Part shown: piece by piece, positions 32,493 to 43,052 of the stretch
How the letters are laid out: every line of letters begins with the position of its first letter
How positions within the stretch are numbered: the stretch's first letter is position 1
Source of the DNA: an uncultured Acidocella sp.
Lineage (GTDB): Bacteria; Pseudomonadota; Alphaproteobacteria; Acetobacterales; Acetobacteraceae
Length of the DNA stretch: 64,000 nucleotides
Reading direction: 5' to 3'
Assembly: GCA_946222605.1 (NCBI GenBank)
Contig: CAMIIE010000004.1
Location: forward strand, 18,141 to 82,140
Translations under genes and position numbers: made by a program
The notes under the pieces: generated by a model
The model's input: the letters and a program-made list of their open reading frames with translations, nothing else
Databases searched by the model: none
Told to the model about the DNA's origin: nothing

Positions 32493-34289
32493 TTAGGTTT
32501 TGACGACTTTCGGCGGCAGCGCCAACGCAATGGACAGCTCCTTCAGCCGGTTCGCCGGGATCGGCGCCGGCGCCCCCATCATCAAATCCTCGCCCTGCTG
32601 GTTCAGCGGGAAGGCGATCACCTCGCGGATATTCGGCTCATCCGCCAGCAGCATCACAATCCGGTCAATGCCTGGCGCCGAGCCACCATGCGGCGGCGCG
32701 CCATAGCGGAACGCATTCAGCATGCCGCCAAACCGCGCCTCAACCTCTTCCGGCCCATAACCGGCAATCTCAAACGCCTTCAGCATGATATCCGGGCGAT
32801 GATTCCGGATCGCGCCCGAAGACAGCTCGATGCCATTGCACACGATATCATACTGGAAGGCCTTGATCGTCAGCGGGTCCTGCGTCTCCAGCGCCTCCAT
32901 GCCGCCCTGCGGCATCGAGAACGGGTTATGCGAGAACACCACCTGCTTCAGCTCCTCGTCATACTCGAACATCGGGAAATCGACGATCCAGCAAAACTTG
33001 AACTCACCCGCCTTGATCAGTCCGAGATCATTGCCGAGCTTGGTGCGCACGCTGCCGGCAAATTTCGCCGCGGCCTCCGCCTTGCCGGCGGCAAAGAACA
33101 CCGCATCGCCGGCCTTCAGGCCGCACGCCACGCGGATCGCCTCGGCCCGCTCGGGGGCCAAATTCTTCGCGATCGGCCCCTGCGCCCCGGCCTCGTTCCA
33201 GGTGATGTAGCCCAAGCCACCCGCACCCTCGGCGCGCGCCCATTCATTCAGCTTATCGAAGAAGGAGCGCGGATTGCCGCCCGCCCCAGGGGCCGGAATG
33301 GCGCGCACAATGCCGCCGCCCTCGACGATCTTCGCGAACAGCCCGAAAGAGGAATCGCGGAAGGCCTCGGTGACATCGGAAATGACGATCGGGTTGCGCA
33401 GATCCGGCTTGTCCGAGCCATATTTCAGCATCGACACATCGTAGGGGATGCGCTCGAAGGGCGGCTTGCCGACATCGCGCCCCTGCGCGAACTCATCGAA
33501 CACGCCATGCAGGATCGGCTCGATCGTGTTGAACACGTCTTCCTGGGTGACGAAGCTCATCTCGAAATCGAGCTGGTAGAACTCGCCCGGCGAACGGTCC
33601 GCCCGGCTCGCCTCATCGCGGAAGCAAGGGGCGATCTGGAAGTAACGGTCAAACCCCGCCACCATCAGCAGCTGCTTGAATTGCTGCGGCGCCTGCGGCA
33701 GCGCGTAGAACTTGCCAGGATGATTGCGCGCCGGCACCAGGAAGTCGCGCGCCCCCTCAGGGCTGGAAGCGGTGAGGATCGGGGTCTGGAATTCGGTGAA
33801 CCCGGCCTCGATCATGCGGCGGCGGAAGCTGGAGATCACACCCGAGCGCAGCACGATATTCTTGTGCACCTGCTCGCGGCGCAGATCCAGGAAGCGATAT
33901 TTCAGCCGCAGCTCGTCCGGGTAGTTCTCGCCACCCGCCACCTGCATCGGCAGCACATCGGCCGGGCCCTGCACCTCCAGGCTCGCCACCCGCAGCTCGA
34001 TATCGCCGGTCGGCAGCTTGGCGTTGGTGGTGCCCTCGGCGCGGGCCACAACCTCGCCGGTGACGGTGATCACCGACTCGACGCGCGCCGCCTCCGCCGC
34101 CGCGAACCCGGCGGAGCCGGCGGGGAACACGCATTGGGTCAGCCCGTAATGATCGCGCAGATCGATGAACAGCAGCCCGCCATGGTCGCGCTTGGCGTGG
34201 ACCCAGCCGGAAAGCCGGGCGGTTTGGCCGATATCCGCGGCCCGCAGGGCAGCGCAATTGTGGGTGCGGTAGGCGTGAATCTGTTCCAT
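32493..34289 (-). CDS. aspS: Aspartate--tRNA ligase
   Basis: [38 protein letters not shown]. Confidence 0.98.
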   Translation of the reverse strand: MEQIHAYRTHNCAALRAADIGQTARLSGWVHAKRDHGGLLFIDLRDHYGLTQCVFPAGSAGFAAAEAARVESVITVTGEVVARAEGTTNAKLPTGDIELRVASLEVQGPADVLPMQVAGGENYPDELRLKYRFLDLRREQVHKNIVLRSGVISSFRRRMIEAGFTEFQTPILTASSPEGARDFLVPARNHPGKFYALPQAPQQFKQLLMVAGFDRYFQIAPCFRDEASRADRSPGEFYQLDFEMSFVTQEDVFNTIEPILHGVFDEFAQGRDVGKPPFERIPYDVSMLKYGSDKPDLRNPIVISDVTEAFRDSSFGLFAKIVEGGGIVRAIPAPGAGGNPRSFFDKLNEWARAEGAGGLGYITWNEAGAQGPIAKNLAPERAEAIRVACGLKAGDAVFFAAGKAEAAAKFAGSVRTKLGNDLGLIKAGEFKFCWIVDFPMFEYDEELKQVVFSHNPFSMPQGGMEALETQDPLTIKAFQYDIVCNGIELSSGAIRNHRPDIMLKAFEIAGYGPEEVEARFGGMLNAFRYGAPPHGGSAPGIDRIVMLLADEPNIREVIAFPLNQQGEDLMMGAPAPIPANRLKELSIALALPPKVVKT

Positions 34290-34350
34290 GGGGCGCGAAA
34301 GAGCCCTTGCCCTGCTTCCTGTCAAGCGGGCGCGGCGCTATGGGAGGGGC

Positions 34351-35514
34351 ATGAACGAAAACAAGATCGAATTCATCGCCACGTCCGAGGCTTTGGAGGC
34401 TTTGTGCGCCCGTCTTGAGACCGAAGCCTTCGTGACGGTGGACACCGAATTCATGCGCGAGAAGACCTATTACCCGGAGCTCTGCCTGGTGCAGCTGGGC
34501 GGCGCGCAGGATACCGCAGTGGTGGACGCCCAGGCCCCGGACATGGACCTCAGCCCCCTGGGCAGGCTGCTGGCGAAAGAGAGCGTGGTGAAAGTCTTCC
34601 ATGCCTGCCGCCAGGATGTGGAGATTTTCCTGCAGCTCTTCGGCGCCGTGCCGGTGCCGCTCTTCGATACCCAGGTCGCGGCGATGGTGGCCGGCTTCGG
34701 CGATCAGGTCGGCTATGACAGCCTGGTCAATGCTTTGACCGGCGCGCATATCGACAAGGCCCATCGCTTCTCGGATTGGTCGGCCCGCCCGCTCTCGAAA
34801 TCCCAGATCAACTATGCCGCGGCCGATGTCACCCATCTGCGCGCGGTCTATGAGAAGCTCAGCGCCAAGCTGGCGGCCGAGGGGCGGCTGGACTGGGTGG
34901 CCGAGGAGATGGCGATCCTGACCCTGCCCGAGACCTACCGTGTGGACCCGGAGCGCGCCTGGGAGCGGCTGAAAATCCGCTCCAATAACCGCCGCCAGCT
35001 GGGGCTTGCCAAGGCCATCGCCGCCTGGCGCGAGCGTGAGGCGCAGCGCATCAATATCCCGCGCGGCCGGCTGCTGAAGGATGAGCAGGTGCCCGAAATC
35101 GCCTCGCTGGCGCCGGACGATGCCGAGGCGCTGGCCAAGGCGCGCGGCATTTCGGCGGGCTTCGCCAATGGCAAATCCGGCGCCTCGCTGCTGGCCGCGA
35201 TCAAGGAGGCGAAGGCCTGGCCGGAGTCCGAGCTGCCCAAGGCCGAGCGCCAGCGCGAAAGCGCCAAGGCCTCCCCGGCGCTGGTGGCGCTGCTGAAAGT
35301 GCTGCTGGCGGCGGCGGCGGAGAAGAATAATGTCGCGGCGCGGCTGGTGGCGGGCAGCGACGATATCGAGGCGCTGGCCCTGGATGAGACCGCCCCCAAC
35401 CCGGTGCTGGAAGGCTGGCGCCGGGAGATGTTCGGGGAGACGGCGCTGCGCCTGATCCGTGGCCAGATCGCCCTGTCCACCCAGGGCAAGCGGATCAAGA
35501 TCGTCGAATTGTGA
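34351..35514 (+). CDS. rnd: Ribonuclease D
   Basis: VDTEFMREKTYYP, FDTQVAA, SDWSARPL, YAAADV; HRDC region. Confidence 0.95.
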   Translation: MNENKIEFIATSEALEALCARLETEAFVTVDTEFMREKTYYPELCLVQLGGAQDTAVVDAQAPDMDLSPLGRLLAKESVVKVFHACRQDVEIFLQLFGAVPVPLFDTQVAAMVAGFGDQVGYDSLVNALTGAHIDKAHRFSDWSARPLSKSQINYAAADVTHLRAVYEKLSAKLAAEGRLDWVAEEMAILTLPETYRVDPERAWERLKIRSNNRRQLGLAKAIAAWREREAQRINIPRGRLLKDEQVPEIASLAPDDAEALAKARGISAGFANGKSGASLLAAIKEAKAWPESELPKAERQRESAKASPALVALLKVLLAAAAEKNNVAARLVAGSDDIEALALDETAPNPVLEGWRREMFGETALRLIRGQIALSTQGKRIKIVEL

Positions 35515-35861
35515 ACCGGCTCGCTGCCTTCGACCGCTTCTGCGCCAAGCTGCCCGGCAGCCACATGGTGGTGCAGTGGGGCGAGAGCCATGTGCATAAA
35601 ATCGGGCCGAAGGTCTTTGCCATCGGCGGCGGCTTTCCGGGTGAGGATGGCTATGTGTTCAAGGCCAGCCCGCTCGCTTTCCAGCTTCTGCGCGAGCAGG
35701 GCCTCGCCAGCCGCGCGCCTTATCTGCGCCGTGGCACTTGGCTGCGGGTCGAGGGCGGGGTGCTCAGCGATGCGGCGTTGTTCGAGCACATCGCCGAATC
35801 CCACCGCCTCGTCGCCGCCAGCCTGACCCGCGCCCAGCGCGCCGAACTTGGCCTTGGCTGA
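35511..35861 (+). CDS. MmcQ/YjbR family DNA-binding protein
   Basis: LPG..QWG..HKIGPKVFA, RAPYL..W, SHRLVAASLTRAQR. Confidence 0.8.
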   Translation: MNRLAAFDRFCAKLPGSHMVVQWGESHVHKIGPKVFAIGGGFPGEDGYVFKASPLAFQLLREQGLASRAPYLRRGTWLRVEGGVLSDAALFEHIAESHRLVAASLTRAQRAELGLG

Positions 35862-36360
35862 GCTGCGCCCCGCCAAGCCCGGCGAGGGCCAGGCGCTCTA
35901 CGACATCACCGCAGCCGCGATCCGGGGGCTGGCCGCCGGGCATTACAGCGCCGCCCAGATCGAAGGCTGGATGGAAGGGCGCGATGCCGCGCAGTACGAG
36001 GCGGTGATCGCCAAAGGTAATGTGCTGGTGGATGCGGGCCTGAACGGCTTCATCGAAACCGCCCCGGGCGAGATTTTACGCCTGTTCGTGCGCCCGGCGG
36101 CGGCGGGGCAGGGGCTGGGGCAGCGCCTGCTGCAAGCGGGGCTGGCCCTGGCCGGCCCCGGCGAAATCCACCTCAACGCCACGCTGAACGCGGCTGGATT
36201 TTACGAAAAACAGGGTTTCAGGGCGCTGGAACGCGCCCTTTACACCCATGAGAACGGCATGGCGGTCGAAATCGTGAAAATGGCTCGCCCCGCTACCCCA
36301 CCGCCTGCGCCCCAAACTCCCCCAGCAGCCAGTCGCAAAAACGCTGCGCCGCCGGGCTGA
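35848..36360 (+). CDS. GNAT family N-acetyltransferase
   Basis: LFVRPAAAGQGLGQRLL, ATLNAAGFYEKQGF. Confidence 0.85.
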   Translation: MALAELRPAKPGEGQALYDITAAAIRGLAAGHYSAAQIEGWMEGRDAAQYEAVIAKGNVLVDAGLNGFIETAPGEILRLFVRPAAAGQGLGQRLLQAGLALAGPGEIHLNATLNAAGFYEKQGFRALERALYTHENGMAVEIVKMARPATPPPAPQTPPAASRKNAAPPG

Positions 36361-37183
36361 GCCGGGAAAAATCCGGCGCGGCCAGCCAATAGGCCCCGCA
36401 CGGGATGGAAATATCGAAGGGCTGCACCAGTTCGCCGCCGCGCAGCCTGTCCTCCACCAGTACGTTATCGCCCAACGCCACCCCATGGCCGCGCGCCGCC
36501 GCATCCAGCGCCAGATTGGTGCCAGTAAAAAGCGGGCCGGGCTGCGGCGGCACATCCGCCAGCCCCGCCGCCTGAAACCAGGCCTGCCAATAGCTGCGCT
36601 TTTCCTCATGCAGCAAAGTCTGCGCCAGTAAATCACGCGGCGCCGGATGGCTTGGCAGCAAGGCCGGGGCAAGCACCGGGGACATCACCGCCTTCACCAG
36701 CAACGCCGCCTGCATGCGCGGCCAATCCCCGCCGGCACTGGCCCAGCGTATGCCAAGCTCTGCCTCGCCCGGGCGGAAGCTGATCATCCTTGCCTCGGAG
36801 AGGATCATAATATCGATTTCAGGATGCAGGCTGCGGAACCGGTTCAGCCGCGGCACCAGCCAGCAGGCGGCGAAGGAGGGTTCAACGCTGATCCGCAGCG
36901 GCTTATCCGCCGGCGCGGCACGGATCTCCTCCAGCCTTGCCGCCATCTGGTCGAAGCTCGCACTCAGCAGGCTCAGCAGCGCCTGGCCGCGCTCGGTCAG
37001 CAGCACCTGGCGGTGCCGGCGCTCAAACAGCTCATGCCCCAGCAGGCCCTCCAGCTCGCGGATCTGCCGGCTGATCGCCGCCTGGGAGACGAACAGCTCC
37101 TCCGCCGCCAGCGTGAAACTGAGATGCCGCCCGGCAGCCTCAAAGCTGCGCAACGCGGTGAGGGGCAGGCGGCCGCGCTTCAT
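36293..37183 (-). CDS. LysR family regulator (GcvA-like)
   Basis: LRSFEAAGRHLSFTLAAEELFVSQAAISRQIR, WLVPRL, GHGVAL. Confidence 0.92.
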   Translation of the reverse strand: MKRGRLPLTALRSFEAAGRHLSFTLAAEELFVSQAAISRQIRELEGLLGHELFERRHRQVLLTERGQALLSLLSASFDQMAARLEEIRAAPADKPLRISVEPSFAACWLVPRLNRFRSLHPEIDIMILSEARMISFRPGEAELGIRWASAGGDWPRMQAALLVKAVMSPVLAPALLPSHPAPRDLLAQTLLHEEKRSYWQAWFQAAGLADVPPQPGPLFTGTNLALDAAARGHGVALGDNVLVEDRLRGGELVQPFDISIPCGAYWLAAPDFSRLSPAAQRFCDWLLGEFGAQAVG

Positions 37184-37186
37184 CGC

Positions 37187-37201
37187 ATAACCTCAAGTTA
37201 T
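37187..37201. promoter_or_regulatory. LysR-type T-N11-A operator
   Basis: ATAAC-ctcaa-GTTAT palindrome immediately upstream of the LysR start. Confidence 0.7.
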
Positions 37202-37289
37202 TCGACACGGACGATATACTCGTTTGAGCCGTTTGCCCACCCGGCTTTATCACCGGGCAAAGATCCACTCAGATAAAGGAGATTTGGCA

Positions 37290-37571
37290 ATGTCCCGGAT
37301 TTTGGGCAGCGCCCTGCTGCGGCTGATCGCTGGGCCAGCCAAGGCGCGCGAAGACGAGCTGCGCGAACGCCCCCCCGCCCCGGCGCAGCCCACGCCTTTG
37401 CATCCGCGCCTGTTTGGCCCGTTTTCGCAAATCAGGACTGAACCGGGGGAAACTCAGGCTCCCGGTACAATCTCCTCGGCCCAGAGCGCTTCGATGTCCT
37501 GGCGCGGGGTGATCAGATGGAAACGCCCCTCATCCACCAGCACGGCGGCGGCGCGGGGGCGGGAATTATAG
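37290..37571 (+). CDS. Small hypothetical protein divergent from LysR
   Basis: AAAGGAGA RBS then ATG at 37290; the 3' part overlaps the lysA end, so the true length is uncertain. Confidence 0.4.
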   Translation: MSRILGSALLRLIAGPAKAREDELRERPPAPAQPTPLHPRLFGPFSQIRTEPGETQAPGTISSAQSASMSWRGVIRWKRPSSTSTAAARGREL

Positions 37572-38773
37572 GCGCTGCTCATCACCGCGCCATAGGCACC
37601 GGCATCCAGCAAGGCCACGCGCCCGCCCGGCTTGATCTCCGGCAGCAGGCGGTCGGTGGCGAACTGGTCGGCGCTCTCGCAGATCGGCCCGACCACGTCA
37701 GCGGGAATCGTAGCGCTACGATAAGCGGCCGCGTCCAGCGGCAGGATGCCGTGCCAGGCATCATACATGGCCGGGCGGGCGAGGTCGTTCATCGCCGCAT
37801 CCAGCACCAGGAAGCGCTTGCCGGCCTGCTTTTCCAGAATGACACTGCCCAGCAGCACCCCGGCCGGGCCGACCAGATAGCGCCCTGGCTCCATCATCAG
37901 CCGCACGCCCAGCCCCTGCGTCACCTGCTTCACCGTGGCGGCGAAGGCGTGGGGGGAGAGGCCCGGCTCGTCCTGATAGCCAATGCCCAAGCCGCCGCCG
38001 ATATCGAACACATCCACATTCTGCCCGGCCTCGCGCAGGGCGCGGATCATCGCCGCCCCCTTCGCGTAGGCGAGGCGGTAGGGCGCGGTGGAGAGGATCT
38101 GGCTGCCAATATGCATGGCGATGCCAACCGGCCGCACCCCGGGCAGCGCCGCCGCGCGGGCATAGAGGGCGGGAATATCCGCCGCCGCGATGCCAAACTT
38201 GTTTTCGGCCAGCCCGGTGGTGATCTTGGCATGGGTGCCGGCATCGACATCCGGGTTCATCCGCAGCGCGATCGCCGCCTCAACGCCGAGCCTGGAGGCA
38301 ATGCCAGAGATCATCTCGATCTCTTCCGCACTCTCCACATTGATCTGGCCGACGCCGGCGCTCAGCGCCGCCTCCAGCTCCGCCGCCGACTTGCCGACGC
38401 CGGAATAGACCACATGCTTGGCCGCGATCCCGGCCTTGGTGGCGCGCATGAACTCGCCGATGGAGACCACATCCGCCCCGGCCCCCTGTTCACGGAACAG
38501 GTTGAGCAGGGCGAGATGGTCATTCGCCTTCACCGCGTAATGGATGTGCATCGGCACGCCCTCGGCCGCGAACGCATCTCGCAGGCTTGCGAAACGCGCG
38601 CGCATGGTGGCGGCGCCATAGACCCAGCTGGGGGTGCCGAAGGCGTCCGCGATGGCGTTCAGCGGCACGCCTTCCAGGCACAGCCCGTCCTGGGCGTGCA
38701 TGGTCAGCTGCTTGCGGGCGGCGAGCAGATCCTCAAGCCGCGGTTCCGGCCCGGTGAAATTCATGTCGGCCAT
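37454..38773 (-). CDS. lysA: Diaminopimelate decarboxylase
   Basis: YAVKAN, HAKITTG..NKFG, HIGSQI, DIGGG, EPGR, GPICESAD, GAYG. Confidence 0.96.
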   Translation of the reverse strand: MADMNFTGPEPRLEDLLAARKQLTMHAQDGLCLEGVPLNAIADAFGTPSWVYGAATMRARFASLRDAFAAEGVPMHIHYAVKANDHLALLNLFREQGAGADVVSIGEFMRATKAGIAAKHVVYSGVGKSAAELEAALSAGVGQINVESAEEIEMISGIASRLGVEAAIALRMNPDVDAGTHAKITTGLAENKFGIAAADIPALYARAAALPGVRPVGIAMHIGSQILSTAPYRLAYAKGAAMIRALREAGQNVDVFDIGGGLGIGYQDEPGLSPHAFAATVKQVTQGLGVRLMMEPGRYLVGPAGVLLGSVILEKQAGKRFLVLDAAMNDLARPAMYDAWHGILPLDAAAYRSATIPADVVGPICESADQFATDRLLPEIKPGGRVALLDAGAYGAVMSSAYNSRPRAAAVLVDEGRFHLITPRQDIEALWAEEIVPGA

Positions 38774-38784
38774 GGCGGACCTCT

Positions 38785-38910
38785 TTATTGCGGCGGCGGA
38801 TAGCTGTGGGGGTAGGTGATGTCCTGCGCCGGGCCGGGAGGCACGGGGGCGCCGCGACGGCCGCAGCCGGCCAGAGCCGACATGGCGAGCAGGATGAACA
38901 GATATTTCAT
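38785..38910 (-). CDS. Small lipoprotein (LptM/YifL/LppL-like), 41 aa
   Basis: Manual translation [41 protein letters not shown]; lipobox LAGC plus CG-x-R-G; ATGA overlap with argH. Confidence 0.8.
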   Translation of the reverse strand: MKYLFILLAMSALAGCGRRGAPVPPGPAQDITYPHSYPPPQ

Positions 38911-40313
38911 GCCAGTTTCTCCAGCCAGAGCGCGGCCTGTTTGGCGACATTGGCGGGGGCGGTGCCGCCATAGGAGGTGCGCGAGGCGACGGAGGCCTGC
39001 ACCGTCAGCACCTCGAAAATCTCCGCGGTGATGCGGGGCTCGATGGAGTGCATGTCCGCCAGGCTCAGCTCCGGCAAATCGCAGCGCTTCGATTCCGCCA
39101 GCCGGACCAGCTGCCCGGTGACATGATGGGCGTCCCGGAAGGGCATTTTCAGCACCCGCACCAGCCAGTCCGCGAGATCGGTGGCGGTGGAGAAGCCGGA
39201 GCCGGCCAGGGCTTCCATGCGGGCGGTGTTGGCGCGCAGATCGCGCACCATGCCGTCCATGGCGGCCAGCGACAAAGAGATGGCGGCGACGGCGTCGAAC
39301 ACCGGCTCCTTGTCCTCCTGCATATCCTTGGCATAGGCCATCGGCAGGCCTTTCATCACCGTCAGCAGGCCAATGAGGGCGCCGAAGATGCGGCCGGTTT
39401 TGGCCTTGGCCAGCTCGGCGGCGTCCGGGTTGCGCTTTTGCGGCATGATCGAGGAGCCGGTGGTGAAGGCATCCGAGAGCTCGATCAGTTTATAGGGCGA
39501 GGAGCACCAGATGATGACCTCTTCCGAGAAGCGGGAGAGATGCATCGCGCAGATCGAGAGGGCGGAGAGGAATTCCAGCGCGAAATCGCGGTCCGAGACG
39601 GAATCGAGCGAGTTGGCGGTCGGCCGGTCGAAGCCCAAGGCAGCGGCGGTGGCGTGGCGGTCGATGGGAAAGGAGGTGCCGGCCAGGGCGGCGGCGCCCA
39701 GCGGGCATTCATTCAGCCGGGCGCGGGCATCGCGCAGGCGGCCGGCATCGCGCGCCAGCATCTCCACATAGGCGAGCAAATGGTGACCAAAGGTAACCGG
39801 CTGGGCGGTCTGCAGATGGGTGAAACCGGGCATCACGGTATCGGCATACTCGGCGGCGCGGGTGGCCATGGCCTGCATCAGCCCGTGGATCTGGCCCAGC
39901 ACCCCGTCCAGCGCATCGCGCACCCAGAGGCGGAAATCCGTGGCCACCTGGTCGTTGCGGCTGCGGGCGGTGTGCAGCCGGCGTGCGGCTTCGCCGATGC
40001 GCGCGGTCAGCCGGACTTCGATATTGGTGTGGATATCTTCCAGCTTTTCGGAGAATTCGAACGTACCGGCCTCGATCTCGGCGCCGATCGCCTCCAGCCC
40101 GGCGGCGATGGCGCTCTGGTCCTGCGCCGTGATAATGCCCTGCTTGGCCAGCATCGCGGCATGGGCCTGGCTGCCGGCAATATCCTGGCGCCAGAGCTTG
40201 GCATCGAAGCTGATCGAGGCATTAATGGCCTGCATCACCTCTGCGGGACCGGCGGCGAAACGCCCGCCCCACTGAAGCTGACCTTTGTTCGGAGTGCTAT
40301 CTTTGTCGGTCAA
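38907..40313 (-). CDS. argH: Argininosuccinate lyase
   Basis: [40 protein letters not shown] start assumed. Confidence 0.97.
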   Translation of the reverse strand: MTDKDSTPNKGQLQWGGRFAAGPAEVMQAINASISFDAKLWRQDIAGSQAHAAMLAKQGIITAQDQSAIAAGLEAIGAEIEAGTFEFSEKLEDIHTNIEVRLTARIGEAARRLHTARSRNDQVATDFRLWVRDALDGVLGQIHGLMQAMATRAAEYADTVMPGFTHLQTAQPVTFGHHLLAYVEMLARDAGRLRDARARLNECPLGAAALAGTSFPIDRHATAAALGFDRPTANSLDSVSDRDFALEFLSALSICAMHLSRFSEEVIIWCSSPYKLIELSDAFTTGSSIMPQKRNPDAAELAKAKTGRIFGALIGLLTVMKGLPMAYAKDMQEDKEPVFDAVAAISLSLAAMDGMVRDLRANTARMEALAGSGFSTATDLADWLVRVLKMPFRDAHHVTGQLVRLAESKRCDLPELSLADMHSIEPRITAEIFEVLTVQASVASRTSYGGTAPANVAKQAALWLEKLA

Positions 40314-40911
40314 ACCCAAACGCCCTTTACTGTTGCGCCGATCACTCATCGCCGCTGGCCCTGCCTTAGCCCTGGGCGCGGCCTGGGGCAATCGCGCAAT
40401 GGCGCAAAGCGCCGACGCGGATATGCCGGATGCGGCGCTGGGCTGGACTGCGTTCGCCCCGGTGGCCCCGCCGGCGCTGAAATTCCAGGACGACAAGGGC
40501 AAGAGCCTGAGCCTGGCGGATTTCAAGGGGCATGTGCTGCTGGTCAATCTGTGGGCGACCTGGTGCGGCCCGTGCAAGGAAGAACTGCCGACCTTCGCGG
40601 CGCTGGCGCCGAAGCTGGCGAAATTCGGCGGCTTGATCCTGCCGATCTCGATCGATGTGGATGGTCTGCCGGCGGTGCAGGCTTATTACGCGCTGCATGG
40701 CATCCGCAATTTGCCGATGCTGGTCAATCCGGATGGCGATGATCTGGATATGATGAATACGGAAGGGATACCGGTGACTTTGGTGATCAATCCGGCGGGC
40801 AAGGCTGTGGCAAGGCTGGATGGCGGTGCGGACTGGAACACCAAGAGCGTGCTGGACTTCCTGCAGGATCTGGCCCGCAAACCCAAGGCCCCGGCCATAA
40901 CGCAAACCTGA
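40303..40911 (+). CDS. TlpA family thiol:disulfide oxidoreductase
   Basis: [25 protein letters not shown] Tat-like leader; start codon uncertain. Confidence 0.88.
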   Translation: MSVKPKRPLLLRRSLIAAGPALALGAAWGNRAMAQSADADMPDAALGWTAFAPVAPPALKFQDDKGKSLSLADFKGHVLLVNLWATWCGPCKEELPTFAALAPKLAKFGGLILPISIDVDGLPAVQAYYALHGIRNLPMLVNPDGDDLDMMNTEGIPVTLVINPAGKAVARLDGGADWNTKSVLDFLQDLARKPKAPAITQT

Positions 40912-40916
40912 AGAGG

Positions 40917-40966
40917 CAAAAGTTTTTGGGCGAAGACGTGGGGGGGTGAAACCCCCCACGATTTTA
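40917..40966. repeat. Family A element, copy 6 (short)
   Basis: CAAAAGTTTTTGGG followed by the hairpin CGTGGGGGGGTGAAACCCCCCACG and ATTTTA. Confidence 0.65.
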
Positions 40967-40971
40967 GCGTC

Positions 40972-41475
40972 TCAGTTCGGCGCGCCGTTGGCGGCAGCGG
41001 CGGCGGTGCGGCGCTGGTGCCAGAGGCCGACGAAGTCGATCGGCCCGAGCAGCACCGGCGGGAAGCCGCCATCGCGGGTCACGTCGGCCAGGATGTTGCG
41101 GGCGAAGGGGAAGAGCAGACGCGGGCACTCGACCAGCAGAATCGGCTCCTGCTGCTCTTCCGGAATGCCGTTGAGGGTGAACACGCCGGCATAGGACAGC
41201 TCGGCGATGAACACGACAGGCGGTTTCTCCTGGGTGCCGCCGGCGGATTTCGGCGCCTCGGTGGTTCCCTCGGCGCGGATCGCCAGCGCGACCTCGAAAA
41301 TGGTCTGCTCTTCCTCGATGCGGCGCACCTGCACGTCCAGATTCAGGTTCACATGCGGCTGGGCGCGCAGCTGGGTGAAGATGGCGGGCGCGCCGGGCAC
41401 CTCGAAGGAGAGATCCTTGGTGTACTGGATGTTGAGGATCAGCGGTTGCGGCGGCAGGCCGGCTTGTTCGGACAT
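40972..41475 (-). CDS. secB: Protein-export chaperone SecB
   Basis: QYTKDLSFEVPGAP, ELSYAGVF, CPRLLFPFAR, GGFPP..PIDF. Confidence 0.96.
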   Translation of the reverse strand: MSEQAGLPPQPLILNIQYTKDLSFEVPGAPAIFTQLRAQPHVNLNLDVQVRRIEEEQTIFEVALAIRAEGTTEAPKSAGGTQEKPPVVFIAELSYAGVFTLNGIPEEQQEPILLVECPRLLFPFARNILADVTRDGGFPPVLLGPIDFVGLWHQRRTAAAAANGAPN

Positions 41476-41542
41476 ATCTGGTTTCCCTGTTGAAAGGCTG
41501 CGCTGCCCTAGCACGCTGGGCAGGGCATGATAAGAGTAGGGC

Positions 41543-42451
41543 ATGACCGCACGCATCTTCATTGACGGCCAGGCCGGAACCACCGGGCTTGGCATCGCCC
41601 AGCGCCTTGAGGCGGATGGGGGCTTTTCTCTCGTCACCCTGGCGGATGCGCGCCGAAAGGACCCGGAGGCCCGCGCCGAGGCGATGGGCAATGCGGATCT
41701 GACCGTGCTCTGCCTGCCGGATGATGCGGCGCGCGAGGCGGTTGCCATCGCCCCGCAGGGGGCAAGGATTCTGGATGCCAGCACCGCCCACCGGATCGCG
41801 CCGGGCTGGGTCTATGGCTTTGCCGAGGCCTGGCCGGACCAGGCGGAGAAGATCGCCAAGGCGCAGCGCGTCGCCAATCCCGGCTGCTACGCCACCGGGG
41901 CGATCGCGCTCTTGCGCCCGCTGCTGGGGCTGGGGCTGCTGGCGGCGGATGCGCCGGTCTCGATCAACGCCATTTCCGGCTATTCGGGCGGCGGCAAGGG
42001 GATGATCGCGGACCACGAGGCCAAGGGCGGACCGGCCTATGAGCTGTACGCGCTGGGGCTCAAGCACAAGCATATTCCTGAAATCATGAAATATACCGGG
42101 CTGACCCGGGCGCCGATTTTCTCCCCCGCCGTGGGCCATTATCACCAGGGCATGCTGGTCAGCCTGCCTTTGCATCTGGACCAGCTGGCCAGGCCCGGCA
42201 GCGCCGCGCAGCTCGCCGAGGCCTATGCGGATTTCTATGCCGGGGCGGAGACTATCGTCGTGCAGCGCGGGCTTGCCGGCGGCAATCTCGACCCGGAAGC
42301 GTTGAACGGCAGCAATCGCCTCGAAATCTTCGTCGCCGGCAATGAGGCGGCGGGGCAGGCTGTGGCGATCGCCCGGCTGGATAATCTCGGCAAGGGTGCC
42401 TCCGGGGCGGCGGTGCAGAATTTGAAGCTGATGCTGGGGCTGGCCGCGTGA
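41543..42451 (+). CDS. argC: N-acetyl-gamma-glutamyl-phosphate reductase (short type)
   Basis: IDGQAGTTGL, DASTAHR, ANPGCYATG, DNLGKGASGAAVQN. Confidence 0.95.
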   Translation: MTARIFIDGQAGTTGLGIAQRLEADGGFSLVTLADARRKDPEARAEAMGNADLTVLCLPDDAAREAVAIAPQGARILDASTAHRIAPGWVYGFAEAWPDQAEKIAKAQRVANPGCYATGAIALLRPLLGLGLLAADAPVSINAISGYSGGGKGMIADHEAKGGPAYELYALGLKHKHIPEIMKYTGLTRAPIFSPAVGHYHQGMLVSLPLHLDQLARPGSAAQLAEAYADFYAGAETIVVQRGLAGGNLDPEALNGSNRLEIFVAGNEAAGQAVAIARLDNLGKGASGAAVQNLKLMLGLAA

Positions 42452-42999
42452 GCGCGGCGCAGCGCCCGGGCGGGTTGCTCTACGCGCTGGGCAATCTGGC
42501 GCCGCAAATCGACCCGACCGCCTGGGTGGCGCCGACGGCGGTGCTGATCGGCGATGTGCGGATCGGCCCGGGGGCGAATATCTGGTTCAACGCGGTGCTG
42601 CGCGGCGATACCAACCCGGTGATCGTCGGCGCGCGCTCCAATGTGCAGGATGGGACCATCGTGCATGTGGACCATGACGACCATCCGGCGATCATCGGCG
42701 ATGATGTCACCATCGGCCATGGTGCCATCATCCATGCCTGCCGGCTGGAGAACCGCGCCTTCATCGGCATGGGGGCGACGGTGCTGGATGGCGCGGTGGT
42801 GGAGGAAGGCGGGCTGCTCGGGGCGCGGGCCTTGCTGGGGCCGGGCAAGCGCATCGGAAAGCAGGAGCTGTGGACCGGTACCCCGGCGCGGCTGGTGCGG
42901 GTGATGAGCGATGCGGAGCGGGCGCGCTGGGATGAGACGGTGCCGCATTATCTCGGCCTGACCGCGCAATATGTGAAAACATTGCGGCCAATCACTTAA
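42448..42999 (+). CDS. Gamma carbonic anhydrase family protein
   Basis: Hexapeptide repeats, VLRGD, NVQDG..H, TIGH..IHAC. Confidence 0.92.
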   Translation: MSAAQRPGGLLYALGNLAPQIDPTAWVAPTAVLIGDVRIGPGANIWFNAVLRGDTNPVIVGARSNVQDGTIVHVDHDDHPAIIGDDVTIGHGAIIHACRLENRAFIGMGATVLDGAVVEEGGLLGARALLGPGKRIGKQELWTGTPARLVRVMSDAERARWDETVPHYLGLTAQYVKTLRPIT

Positions 43000-43052
43000 T
43001 TTTCCTGGAAAATATTGTGGAAAATCTCGCCGCCCGCGACTAAGTTTCGCAC

